From NCBI GenBank assembly GCA_050633305.1, contig JBOEGF010000043.1, positions 1-64,000 of the forward strand: a stretch of 64,000 nucleotides of DNA. The letters are read 5' to 3'. Numbering within the stretch: the first letter of the stretch is position 1; every line of letters starts with the position of its first letter. The position numbers were made by a program, and so were the translations under genes. Shown here piece after piece: positions 38,916-48,444 of this stretch. Below the pieces are notes generated by a model. It did no database searches, had not been told where the DNA came from, and worked only from the letters and a program-made list of their open reading frames with translations. This DNA comes from Nannocystales bacterium (GTDB lineage Bacteria; Myxococcota_A; Polyangia; Nannocystales; Nannocystaceae).

Positions 38916-41053
38916 CACCATACGGTGACCGTACCAATCTTGGCGAACTCCCGCTTGCGGCCGCGGACCTCCACACCGAACTCGCCCTGCTTCCCCTCGG
39001 GGATCTTGATCGGGTAGTTTGCCTTCTCGCTGCGCCGGAGACCGAGAAGCAGATCGTACTCGCCGGGCATGACCTCCAGTGGGGGCGTCTGAAACGTCCA
39101 CCGGTGCCAGATGATGTCGCCCTTGCGCCACAGGTTGCTCGGGTAGAGGCCATCGGCAAACTCGTGGGGCTCCCCACCGATTCGCGAGAGTCGACCCTTG
39201 AGCATTCGCGCGTACAGCTTGCTTCCAGCTGGAAGTGGGCGAAGCACCCGGATGCCGAGTTGGAGCGTGTGCTCCTTACCGCGGCGCAGTGGCCCATCGA
39301 GTTCCCACCCGAGTACCTCGATGTAGTTGTCGAAGTTCAGCAGCGTCTGGTGGGCGAGCCGTGGCGGCTCGTCGAGGACGATCTTGGCCAGAGCATCCCG
39401 GTTCTCCGCGTCTTCGGGAAGCCGGTTGGCGACCACCCGCAAGCGGGCGTGCGAGTCGTCGAGCACGTACAAGGGGCGGCCGTTTTGGCGCGACGCTTGG
39501 AACAACGGGGGGTAGTCGCCGACGCGAACGAATGCGGCAGCAGGCTCGTCGGTGTCGAACCATTGCAACAGCTCTCGCCTGCCCGCGAGTGCCTCGGTGG
39601 CGTCGGGTCCGTACATCGTCAGCCCGCGATCGCGCACCCGGTGAACGCCAAGGGTTGGGGGGAGGGCGCCGGACTCGACCCATGCGGCGAGTCGCTGCAA
39701 TGGCTGCTTCGGGCTGAGTAGAGCGCCTGTACGGGCCACGAGAACATGGCCGTGGGTCCACGCGTTGGTGCACGCGGCAACGGCAAACGCGCCGACAATG
39801 ATGGCGTCCCGGGCGGGGTCGGGGATGCGAGAGGCGACGCGTTCGAGCCCGCCAGGTTCGCGTCTGCGGCCGAGCAATCCGGCGAGGACGATCGCGTAGA
39901 ACACGGTCTTCCCCATGCCGCCCAACTCGGCCTCCGCATCGAGGGCCTCGTCGGGGAACGTGTGCTCGTTCTCCCGGAGCTCGGTGGGCGCGATGAGGCG
40001 GTTGGATTGGAGCCCACCGTCCTTTGAGACGACCAGCGCGGCGGCGGCGGCCACGAACAGCGCGAGACGGCGCTCCCACCCCGCGGCTGCGGGGTCGAGG
40101 ATGCGGGCAATGGCAGCGACGACACACGCGGCCGCTGGCACGCTGAGAGACGCGGGCGTGGGCCCATAGAGCATCGACCAGCCCGCGTTGAACGCGAGCG
40201 CGACGACCAACCAGATGGCGGGAGCGCGCACCTCTGAACGACCCGTCGCCGCCCCGATCATCGCGAGGCCTGCCCAGGGAAAGAGCTGGTAGCCGAAGTC
40301 TTCGAGACCGTCGGCGAAGCGGCGCGCCTGCGGCTTGTCGAGCAGCTCGAGGTCCTTGGCGGCTCCCAACAAGGGGATGAAACCGTCGCTCTGGTCCAGT
40401 ACGAGTCGGATCGAGACGAGAACCGCGATGCCGGAGCCGACACCGAAAACCATGCGAAGGCGTGGCGCGACTCCAGGGGACAGCGCGACGACGGCCAACG
40501 GAAGGCCCGCGCCGAGCAGCAGACCGCACGATGCCACGCCGCCTCCGAGAGCGAGGAGCGCGGACGCAGCCGAAACGGCTCGGGAGAGGTTCGAGCTCTC
40601 CTGCCTCGCCGCGCCCCACAGGCTCAACACCGCGACCACACTCATCAGCTCGGCGATCGGGTTGCCCAACGCGGTTCGGGCGCTGAGCGAAAGCATCGGA
40701 ACCGACAACACGACCGCCCCCCCGAGGAGACTCAGTCCGAGCGAGCGGCCCAGGCTACGAATCCAGCCGATGGCGAGGCCGACGATGGCGGCGGCGGCGA
40801 GGGCATGCGGGAGCCGGAGGCCGAGCGCACCGCCAAGTGCACCGACGCCACGAGCCCGGATCCGATCGGGGAGGGGGGGACTTCGCTCGAGGCCGCTGAG
40901 CGCGTCCCCCAGCGCCGCACGAGCCCGGTCAAAGACCGGCAGTTCGGCGTCGCTCCACAGCCCTGTGCTGTCCAAGCCCCACACCCAAAAAGCGCACGCC
41001 AAGGCGAAGCCGAGGAGGCCGAGAGGGACCGGGCCGAGCGCACGCCAACGCAT
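38915..41053 (-). CDS. Polytopic membrane protein, GT-C (ArnT/PMT-like) glycosyltransferase
   Basis: GLWSDAE after TM1, LRLPHAL, many TM helices, LFPW, periplasmic C-terminal domain (WRKGDII). Confidence 0.65.
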   Translation of the reverse strand: MRWRALGPVPLGLLGFALACAFWVWGLDSTGLWSDAELPVFDRARAALGDALSGLERSPPLPDRIRARGVGALGGALGLRLPHALAAAAIVGLAIGWIRSLGRSLGLSLLGGAVVLSVPMLSLSARTALGNPIAELMSVVAVLSLWGAARQESSNLSRAVSAASALLALGGGVASCGLLLGAGLPLAVVALSPGVAPRLRMVFGVGSGIAVLVSIRLVLDQSDGFIPLLGAAKDLELLDKPQARRFADGLEDFGYQLFPWAGLAMIGAATGRSEVRAPAIWLVVALAFNAGWSMLYGPTPASLSVPAAACVVAAIARILDPAAAGWERRLALFVAAAAALVVSKDGGLQSNRLIAPTELRENEHTFPDEALDAEAELGGMGKTVFYAIVLAGLLGRRREPGGLERVASRIPDPARDAIIVGAFAVAACTNAWTHGHVLVARTGALLSPKQPLQRLAAWVESGALPPTLGVHRVRDRGLTMYGPDATEALAGRRELLQWFDTDEPAAAFVRVGDYPPLFQASRQNGRPLYVLDDSHARLRVVANRLPEDAENRDALAKIVLDEPPRLAHQTLLNFDNYIEVLGWELDGPLRRGKEHTLQLGIRVLRPLPAGSKLYARMLKGRLSRIGGEPHEFADGLYPSNLWRKGDIIWHRWTFQTPPLEVMPGEYDLLLGLRRSEKANYPIKIPEGKQGEFGVEVRGRKREFAKIGTVTVW

Positions 41054-41098
41054 ATCGGGGGGAGGGTAGGTCGCGGTCGCGGGATGCTCAAGCCGAGC

Positions 41099-43069
41099 TC
41101 AGAACGCGCACTGGTTTGTCGCCATGTTGCAGGTCGACCCCGGAGCGACGAACGGACACACGTCCCCAAAGAAGGACGTGCACGGGATTCCGCATGCGTT
41201 GGCGGTGTCGTCGTAGCAGATCTGCCCATCCCCACACTCGCTGTCGTTGTTGCAGCGACAGTTGAAGTCGTCGGGAATCCCGTTGCCGTTCTGGTCGGTG
41301 CCGTTGCAGCACTCGGTCACGTAGAAGTCGCTGGCGGCACAGTCGTCGTCGGCACAGTCGGCGACGCCGTCGCAGTCGTTGTCCTGTCCGTCGGTGCACG
41401 CCGCAACGCCAAACTCGGCAGTCGGGTTTGCGCCCCCGTTGCAGCCCGCGCACGGCGGGACGTTGGCGCAGTCGGGGTCGCCGCAGTCCGCGTAGATGTC
41501 CCCGTCGTTGTCGATGCCGTCGTCACAAATCTCGGGCGGGTTGGGGATGATCTCGACGTTGAACACGTAGTTGCCCTCGTTGGGTCCGCCGAACGGGTCG
41601 ATGGTGAACCCGTCGAGGAACACGAAGTAGGTGCCCGGGTACAGCAGCGTGAAGTCGAGCCGAGCCGAGAAGAACGAGCCGCCGGAGTCGTCGTCGCAGC
41701 CGACCTGGGCGCCCGCGGTACAGGAGCCCGCCCTCACGTATAGGACCGTGTCGAAGTCGCTGCCGATCGAGTCGAGGATCACCCGTGAGGGCTCGTTGAG
41801 GACAAACGAGAAGATCGCCTCTCCGGCCCCGCCGCCGCAGGTGCCCTCGTGGTTGTTGGTGTTGCCGAAGGTCTCGCCCGTGTAGGTCCCGGTTCCGGGG
41901 ATGAACTGGGCCGTATCGCAGGTGTTCTGCGACTGCTGGCACAGCGGCACGCCTGCGCATTGGGGGTCGTCGCAGTCGATCAGACCGTCGTTGTCATCGT
42001 CGAGGTTGTTGTTGCAGATCTCCGGCTGGGCTTCGCATCCAGGGGCGAAGGCGCAGGCAGGGTCGGCGCAGTCGATGATGTCGTTGCAGTCGTTGTCGAC
42101 CCCGTCGTCGCAGATCTCCGGGACGCAGTCGTCGCACTCGGGCGCCACAAAGCAGGCGGGATCGGCACAATCGACGAGATCGTTGCAGTCGTTGTCGATG
42201 CCGTCGTTGCAGAACTCGGGGGTCGGCGCGCCCGCGCAGGAGCATGGGAAGATCCCCTCACAGTCAGGATCGGCGCAGTCGATGAGGAGATCGCAGTCGT
42301 CATCCGCGTCATTGCTGCAGTCCTCGACCGCGTCCTGGCACAGGCAGCTCTCCGAGTCCGAGCACTCCGGGTCGTCGCAGTCGATCAGATCATCACAGTC
42401 GTCGTCGAACCCGTTGTCGCACAGGCCCGCCTCCGAGCTCGCGCAGCCACAGGCCGGGGTTCCGATGCAGTCGGTATCGAGGCAGTCGACCGTGGTGTCG
42501 CAGTCGTCGTCTTCGCCGTTGGTGCAGACCTCGCCACCGGGATCTGGGTCGCAGCCGCAGTCCGGGACACCGTCACAAACGGGGTCGAAGCAGTCGGCGA
42601 CGCCGTTGCAGTCGTTGTCGTCGCCATCGAAGCAGTCCTCGGCGGTCGCCGGGTTGGTGTTGGGGTTGAGATCGTTGCAGTCGTCGCCCCCACACTCCAG
42701 CGGCGGAAATCCATCGCCATCGGCATCGAGCAGGTCGTAGACGCAGGTGCCGTCGATGCACTGAGGTGCCTGGCAGGGGTCGTCGACGGGGCATTGGGCA
42801 GCGATCTCGCAGTCTTGCGGAAAGCCGGTGTCGTCTGTCGCAGTCGTCGTTGGATCTGTGATCGTGACGCTGGTGACCGGTCCGGTTGTGAGTGGATCGG
42901 TGGCGCCGCCGGTGGGTCCTGTCGTGACGTCGTCGTCGTCGTCGATCGGGATCGGGCTGCTGTCGCTTGCTGAGGCGCTGAAGCGAGCGATGTCGAGATC
43001 GGTGCGTCCGCAGCCGCCAGCGGCGAGGATGGCCAGGACTGGACCCCAATGCTTCAAGAAACCTAGCAT
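41099..43069 (-). CDS. Cys/Asp-rich repeat lipoprotein (MopE-related DNDCNG repeats) with a PPC-like domain
   Basis: AGGC lipobox; about 9 repeats of EIC.DG.DNDC...DC.DP.C; FDTVLYVR...GCDDD. Confidence 0.85.
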   Translation of the reverse strand: MLGFLKHWGPVLAILAAGGCGRTDLDIARFSASASDSSPIPIDDDDDVTTGPTGGATDPLTTGPVTSVTITDPTTTATDDTGFPQDCEIAAQCPVDDPCQAPQCIDGTCVYDLLDADGDGFPPLECGGDDCNDLNPNTNPATAEDCFDGDDNDCNGVADCFDPVCDGVPDCGCDPDPGGEVCTNGEDDDCDTTVDCLDTDCIGTPACGCASSEAGLCDNGFDDDCDDLIDCDDPECSDSESCLCQDAVEDCSNDADDDCDLLIDCADPDCEGIFPCSCAGAPTPEFCNDGIDNDCNDLVDCADPACFVAPECDDCVPEICDDGVDNDCNDIIDCADPACAFAPGCEAQPEICNNNLDDDNDGLIDCDDPQCAGVPLCQQSQNTCDTAQFIPGTGTYTGETFGNTNNHEGTCGGGAGEAIFSFVLNEPSRVILDSIGSDFDTVLYVRAGSCTAGAQVGCDDDSGGSFFSARLDFTLLYPGTYFVFLDGFTIDPFGGPNEGNYVFNVEIIPNPPEICDDGIDNDGDIYADCGDPDCANVPPCAGCNGGANPTAEFGVAACTDGQDNDCDGVADCADDDCAASDFYVTECCNGTDQNGNGIPDDFNCRCNNDSECGDGQICYDDTANACGIPCTSFFGDVCPFVAPGSTCNMATNQCAF

Positions 43070-43212
43070 TCCTACTGGCACTGTATCGAAGCCGCGCGCG
43101 GAGATCGAGGAGATCCATCCCGGCCCTCGGCCCAGGTGGGAAATCGGGGCTGTGTGGCGAGGGGTTGAACTTCAGGGGGAGAGCGGCGCCCCGGGGGTGG
43201 TCTTGTTGAGGG

Positions 43213-43378
43213 CCGGCCCGGATGCGGGTGCGGGCCGGGCTGGGTGCGGCGGGCGTTTCGGAGGTTAAAGCAACAGCCCCGCATAGCGGGCGCAAGCGGG
43301 GCTGGGTGCGGAGAGCGTTTCGGAGGTTAACGGCAACAGCCCCGCATGCGGGTGCAAGCGGGGCTGGGTGCGGAGGGC
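43213..43378. repeat. About 2.7 tandem copies of a 61-63 bp hairpin-containing (REP-like) unit
   Basis: cagccccgc-loop-gcggggctg + ggtgcgg..gcgtttcggaggttaa..gcaa, starting near 43213, 43274 and 43337. Confidence 0.85.
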
Positions 43379-43466
43379 GGTCGTCGAAACCGTTGGTTTC
43401 GACGCTGTGGGGGGCGGTGATTGGAGACGGCCCCCGTCGAATCCGTAGGATTCGACGTTTTCGACG

Positions 43467-43862
43467 TTACCGCTTCGAGAACTGGAAGCGTGCGCGGGCG
43501 CCCTTGCGGCCGTACTTCTTCCGCTCTTTCTTACGAGCGTCGCGGGTGAGGTAGCCGGCGGTCTTGAGCGGCTCGCGGTGCTCTTCGCTGACGCGAAGGA
43601 GCGCGCGGGAGATCCCCAAGCGGATGGCGGCTGCCTGACCGGAGAGACCGCCACCTTTGGCGGTGGCCCAGACGTCGTAGTCCTCGCGGGCGTTCGCGAG
43701 CTGGAGGGGCTGTTCGACCACCCGGAAGACCGTGGAGCGAGCCAAGTAGGCCTCGCCGTCACGCCGGTTGATGGTGATCTTGCCCTCGCCGTTCATGAGC
43801 CAGACGCGTGCAATTGCATTCTTGCGTCGACCGGTGGCGTAAAACCTCATGTTGTCCGTCAT
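43467..43862 (-). CDS. rpsI: 30S ribosomal protein S9
   Basis: TGRRKNAIARV, GGGLSGQA, ERKKYG, QFSKR. Confidence 0.99.
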   Translation of the reverse strand: MTDNMRFYATGRRKNAIARVWLMNGEGKITINRRDGEAYLARSTVFRVVEQPLQLANAREDYDVWATAKGGGLSGQAAAIRLGISRALLRVSEEHREPLKTAGYLTRDARKKERKKYGRKGARARFQFSKR

Positions 43863-43898
43863 CGTCAGAACCTTTTCAGAATCCGTGAAGAGAGCCGA

Positions 43899-44333
43899 TT
43901 AGGCTTCGACCTGGAGCGCCTTGAGGGGCTGCGCGGAGTGGGGATGCTCGGCGCCGGAGTAGACCTTGAGCTTCTTGTAGGTCTGTCGGCCCAGAGCGTT
44001 GCGAGGCAGCATGCGACGGACGGCGATCTTGATGACTTCCTCGGGCTTGCGCTCGAGAAGCTCACGTGCCGTTTCGTGCTTCATGTTGCCGATGTACCCC
44101 GTAAACCGGTGGTACTCCTTTTGGTCGAGCTTGCGCCCGGTGAACTTCACCTTGTCTGCGTTGATGCAAACGACAAAGTCGCCAGTATCCACGTGCGGGG
44201 TGAAGATCGGCTTGTGCTTGCCGCGCAGGACCGTTGCGATCTGCGAAGCTGCACGGCCCACCGTGAGCCCGGCCAGATCGACGATCCACCAGTCGCGCTG
44301 GACTTCTTCGGGTTTTGGGTACACCGTCGCCAT
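43899..44333 (-). CDS. rplM: 50S ribosomal protein L13
   Basis: LRGKHKPIFTPHVDTGD, HPHSAQ; ATG at 44333. Confidence 0.99.
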   Translation of the reverse strand: MATVYPKPEEVQRDWWIVDLAGLTVGRAASQIATVLRGKHKPIFTPHVDTGDFVVCINADKVKFTGRKLDQKEYHRFTGYIGNMKHETARELLERKPEEVIKIAVRRMLPRNALGRQTYKKLKVYSGAEHPHSAQPLKALQVEA

Positions 44334-44344
44334 CGAGAGCGGGA

Positions 44345-44373
44345 GGCTTACGCGAGGCACCAATGGGTGTCAA
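44345..44373 (-). promoter_or_regulatory. Sigma70-type promoter of rplM-rpsI
   Basis: On the minus strand TTGACA-17 nt-TAAGCC, ending 11 nt before the ATG. Confidence 0.55.
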
Positions 44374-44516
44374 GCTGGATCAGACGGCAGTCTTGCGACT
44401 ATTCGTGAGCCAACCAGGCCCTGGGTGCCCGGCATTTCGGAGAAGAAGCGGCACGAGTTGGAACCGAGCCGCGGTGGGACACGCGGGCTCGCGAAAACCC
44501 TGTATTATGAGGTTGG

Positions 44517-45500
44517 GTGCACGCGTCCCCCACTAGCGCGATCAAGGTCCTGGTCGCCGACGACTCGGAGACGGAGCGGCACGCTGCGCGGACCACGCTT
44601 CGCGCGGCCGGATATTCCGTTGTGGAGGCCTTTGATGGTCAGCACGCACTCGAGGTGTTCGCCCGGGAGCGGCCAGATCTGGTCCTGCTCGACGTCGTCA
44701 TGCCACGGCTGACCGGTCTGGAGACCTGCCGGATCCTCAAGGCCAAGTCTCAGTCGAGTTACCTCCCGGTCATCATGCTTTCGACCCGCAACTCGGTGAA
44801 CGCGAGGGTCGAGGGGCTGCGCTCCGGCGCGGATGACTATCTGGGGAAACCCTACGATGGCGATGAACTCGTCGCCCGCGTCGAGGCCCTGCTTCGTGCC
44901 CGGAAGGTACTGGGGGATACGGACGGATCCGCGAACGGATCCGGACACCCGACCCCATCCGGGCTTCGGGGCTCCTCCGAAGCCGTTTCGACTGCCGCTG
45001 GACCCGCTGGACCCGCTGGACCCGCAGCGGAAGGATCCGATCCCACGTTACTTCAAGTGGAAGACGCACAACGACGCCGCATGGAAGAGGAGTTCGACCG
45101 GGCGGAGCGCTACAGCGATCCGTTGGCGTGCCTCCGCGTCGCAGCGGACAACGGCTCGGTCCAGGATGCGCTTCGGTCGGTGATCGAGTCGAGCGTTCGC
45201 AAGATCGACATCGTGTTCGAAGCGGGGGACGAAGGCTTCATGCTCCTGCTTCCGAACACGCACTTTCCTGGGGCGCTCTCGGTCGCGGAGAGGATCTGGA
45301 AGGATGCGCGCACCACGTCCGTCGTGGGCAAGCTGATGTCGGTGAGCGTGGGTGTCTCCTTCTATCCCAACCGCGACACCCACTCGTTGCAGGACCTGGT
45401 GGATCTGGTGGAGGCCGCGCTCAAGCAAGCCCGCGAAGTCGGCGGGGGTAAGATCTGCCTCTACCAACACCAAGGCTACCTGTACGCTCCAGAGACGTGA
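44517..45500 (+). CDS. Response regulator with degenerate GGDEF domain
   Basis: VLVADD, LVLLDVVMP, GADDYLGKP; C-terminal diguanylate-cyclase-like fold with AGDEGF in place of GGDEF. Confidence 0.85.
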   Translation: MHASPTSAIKVLVADDSETERHAARTTLRAAGYSVVEAFDGQHALEVFARERPDLVLLDVVMPRLTGLETCRILKAKSQSSYLPVIMLSTRNSVNARVEGLRSGADDYLGKPYDGDELVARVEALLRARKVLGDTDGSANGSGHPTPSGLRGSSEAVSTAAGPAGPAGPAAEGSDPTLLQVEDAQRRRMEEEFDRAERYSDPLACLRVAADNGSVQDALRSVIESSVRKIDIVFEAGDEGFMLLLPNTHFPGALSVAERIWKDARTTSVVGKLMSVSVGVSFYPNRDTHSLQDLVDLVEAALKQAREVGGGKICLYQHQGYLYAPET

Positions 45501-46360
45501 TGTCTGCGGTCGACTCCATCGGTCCCGTACGGGTAGCGGTGCTCTCCCCCAGTGACGACCCGCGCGCTGTCGAGGCTGCGTCGGTCGCCCGGGCCTGGCT
45601 GCAGGAGCACGGGGTTCAGACGCTGCAACCGAATGAGCTCATCGAAGCGGGACCCAGTGCGCCCAAGTGCGACCTCGCGATCGCGCTGGGCGGCGACGGG
45701 ACCTTGCTGAGAACGGCTCGCTTGGTCGCCGACGAGGAGATTCCAGTGTTGGGGGTCAACCTCGGCACGCTGGGTTTCTTGGCCGCGTACGCAGCGTCGG
45801 AGCTGACGGACGCACTCCAGGCTGCCTACGACGGGACGTTGGGTTGGGAGCCACGACTGCGGGTGAAAGTGGAGGTCGAGCGCGATGGCGAGATCGTTCA
45901 GTCTCAGATCGCGTGCAACGACTGCTACGTCAAACACGGCGTGTCGCCTCGCATGCTGCAGCTCGTGTCCGAGGTCGGCGGCTCGAAGATGGCCGAGTAC
46001 CGCGCAGACGGGCTCATCATCTCTACGCCGATGGGTTCCACCGCGTACAACTTGGCCGCGGGAGGACCGATTGTGGACTCGGGCACCCAGACGTTGGTGA
46101 TCACGCCGATCTGTCCGCACAGTCCGACGCATCGGCCTGTGGTCATCGCTGCCGACCGTGAAGTCCGAGTCCGGTTCTGCGGGCCGACCGGGGAGGGGGC
46201 GGCGACGCTGTCTGTCGACGGTCAGTGGGGCATTCCGCTCGAGGTCGGTGACACGGTCACCGTGACCCAAGCGGAAACGCCGCTTCGGCTGGTGCCACCG
46301 CGTTCGACGGTGTTCGAGGTTCTGCGCGCAAAGCTCGGTTGGTCCGGCGCCTCGGTCTGA
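45497..46360 (+). CDS. nadK: NAD(+) kinase
   Basis: LGGDGTLL, GVNLGTLGFL, ADGLIISTPMGSTAYNLAAGGP. Confidence 0.96.
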   Translation: MMSAVDSIGPVRVAVLSPSDDPRAVEAASVARAWLQEHGVQTLQPNELIEAGPSAPKCDLAIALGGDGTLLRTARLVADEEIPVLGVNLGTLGFLAAYAASELTDALQAAYDGTLGWEPRLRVKVEVERDGEIVQSQIACNDCYVKHGVSPRMLQLVSEVGGSKMAEYRADGLIISTPMGSTAYNLAAGGPIVDSGTQTLVITPICPHSPTHRPVVIAADREVRVRFCGPTGEGAATLSVDGQWGIPLEVGDTVTVTQAETPLRLVPPRSTVFEVLRAKLGWSGASV

Positions 46361-46480
46361 GGACATTCCTTCGTCCCGCCGGGGCGAGCCTTAGCCTCGC
46401 CATGAACCTCGGGAACACGGCCGCAACGGCCGGCTGGCGGCCGCGCGCGCTGTGGGTTCGCGCGACGGCAGGCAGCTGCT

Positions 46481-48208
46481 ATGAGGACCGCCATGCTCTC
46501 GTACCTGCGCGTTCGTGGTTTGGCGCTTCTCGACGATGTTGCGCTCACCTTCGAGCCGGGGATGAACGTACTCACCGGTGAGACCGGGGCGGGCAAGTCG
46601 ATCATCGTTGGGGCCTTGGCGCTGCTCCGTGGGGCCCGCGGCCGCGCCGAGCTCGTGCGCGACGGCGATGCGTCGGCGACCGTCGATGCTCAGTTTGAGC
46701 CACGCACGGGTTCCCGCGATCGGTTGCTCGCGGCCCTGGCCGACCATGGCCTGCCCAGCGATGATGCCGACGCGTTGGTCCTTCAGCGGGTTGTTGCGCG
46801 CGCGGGCCGGGGCCGCAGCTTCGTGCAGGGAGCGCTCACCACTCAGTCGGTGCTCGGTGGCCTCGGCGAAGAGCTGATCGACATCTGCAGCCAGCACGAA
46901 CATCACTTTCTCACCCATGCGAGTCGGCACCTCGACGTGCTCGACGCGTACGCGGGCAACGACGCGGCACGGGCTGCCTATGGCGAGCAGTACGGCGCAT
47001 GGAAACAAGCCGAAGAAGACCTCGCGAGTCTGCGGGAGAGGATGGCGGACGGCGCGGCACGGGCCGACTACCTGCGATACCAGCTCGAGGAGATCGACCG
47101 CATCGCGCCGGAGGTCGGCGAACTCGATGCGCTCCGCCGCCGAGTGAACGTGCTGCGTGGCGCCCGCGACTGGGTGAACTTTGCCCACGAGGCGCAACAC
47201 GTCCTGTACGAGTCCGACGGTGCCATCGCATCCTCGCTGGGAGGGCTCGCCGAGCGTGCTCGCGACGGGGCCGAAGACTCCACGACCATCGCGGACCTGG
47301 CCGAGCAGCTCACCGCGGCTTCCATGGCGGCCGAAGAAGCCGCTGCGTTGGCAGCCCGACTGCTCGCCGAGCTCGAGTTGGATCCCGTGGAACTCGAGCG
47401 TGCCGAAGACCGTCTTCACGAACTGGAGACGTTGCGTAGGAAACACGGCGTCGAGCTTGACCAACTCCTCGAGCGGGTCACGGAGATGCGAGCCGAGCTG
47501 GCCGCGATGGAGAACGCGGACGACCACCTTCTGGCGCTTCAAGCTCGGACCGACGAGCTGTCTCGCGCCGCTGCCAAGGCGGCTCGTGGGTTGGGGCAGC
47601 GTCGGCGCCGGGCAGCCGCGGGACTGGCTCGGGCTGTGGAGACCGAGCTCGCCGCGCTCAGCATCAAGAACGCCAAACTCGAGGTCCAGATCGGAGCCGC
47701 CGAGTTGTCGGCATCGGGTGGCGACGCGGTCGAACTCCTGTTCTCCGCCAACGCCGGCGAGTCGGTCGCGCCGCTGCGCAAGGTCGCGTCCGGGGGCGAG
47801 CTGTCTCGGGTACTGCTCGCGATCAAAGGGGTGCTGGCCGCAGGCGATCGAGTCGCGACCTACGTGTTCGACGAGGTCGACGCTGGCGTCGGTGGAGCGG
47901 TCGCCGAAGCCATCGGCCGACGCCTCAAGCGTGCGGCGGCCGAGCACCAGGTCCTGTGTGTCACCCACCTCCCGCAGATCGCGGCCTTTGCGGATGCCCA
48001 CTTCCGGGTCGAGAAAAAAACCTCGAAGGGTCGAACGACGACCCGGGTGGTGTGTCTCGATGAGGGACAGCGGGTCGAGGAACTGGCCCGAATGCTGGGC
48101 GGAAAGCGGGTGACCCAGTCTGCGCGGGACCACGCCGAGGCACTGATCAAAGCAGCCAAGGGCGCGAAAACAGGTCAGGGAACCCCCCGTAGAGCATCTC
48201 GGTCCTGA
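46481..48208 (+). CDS. recN: DNA repair protein RecN
   Basis: LTGETGAGKS, coiled coil, ASGGELSR, FDEVDAGVGG, VTHLPQIA. Confidence 0.98.
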   Translation: MRTAMLSYLRVRGLALLDDVALTFEPGMNVLTGETGAGKSIIVGALALLRGARGRAELVRDGDASATVDAQFEPRTGSRDRLLAALADHGLPSDDADALVLQRVVARAGRGRSFVQGALTTQSVLGGLGEELIDICSQHEHHFLTHASRHLDVLDAYAGNDAARAAYGEQYGAWKQAEEDLASLRERMADGAARADYLRYQLEEIDRIAPEVGELDALRRRVNVLRGARDWVNFAHEAQHVLYESDGAIASSLGGLAERARDGAEDSTTIADLAEQLTAASMAAEEAAALAARLLAELELDPVELERAEDRLHELETLRRKHGVELDQLLERVTEMRAELAAMENADDHLLALQARTDELSRAAAKAARGLGQRRRRAAAGLARAVETELAALSIKNAKLEVQIGAAELSASGGDAVELLFSANAGESVAPLRKVASGGELSRVLLAIKGVLAAGDRVATYVFDEVDAGVGGAVAEAIGRRLKRAAAEHQVLCVTHLPQIAAFADAHFRVEKKTSKGRTTTRVVCLDEGQRVEELARMLGGKRVTQSARDHAEALIKAAKGAKTGQGTPRRASRS

Positions 48209-48322
48209 CGGCCGGTCCTCGGAGACTAAAATGGGGGCACTTGACCCCTTTGTACTGGTTGGAGACGGGTCCCTGACCCGGAATGAGGCGATTCCCTGGG
48301 GCCTGTGGACCCCCAAAAGGCG

Positions 48323-48351
48323 TTGACACCTGACCCCTACGCACCTACAGT
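48323..48351 (+). promoter_or_regulatory. Sigma70-type promoter
   Basis: TTGACA-17 nt-TACAGT upstream of the lipoprotein at 48445. Confidence 0.65.
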
Positions 48352-48444
48352 CCTCGACGACGGGGGCCAACGAAGGTGCGCAAAGTCGGAGATTCACCGA
48401 CGTGGCGGCACCTCGAGTCAGGCCTTGTGCGTAAGGGGAACACC

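Noticed and set aside
43213..43378. CRISPR array interpretation of the tandem hairpin repeats
   Set aside because: Sequences between the hairpins are near-identical rather than unique spacers, there are only about three units, and no cas genes are present
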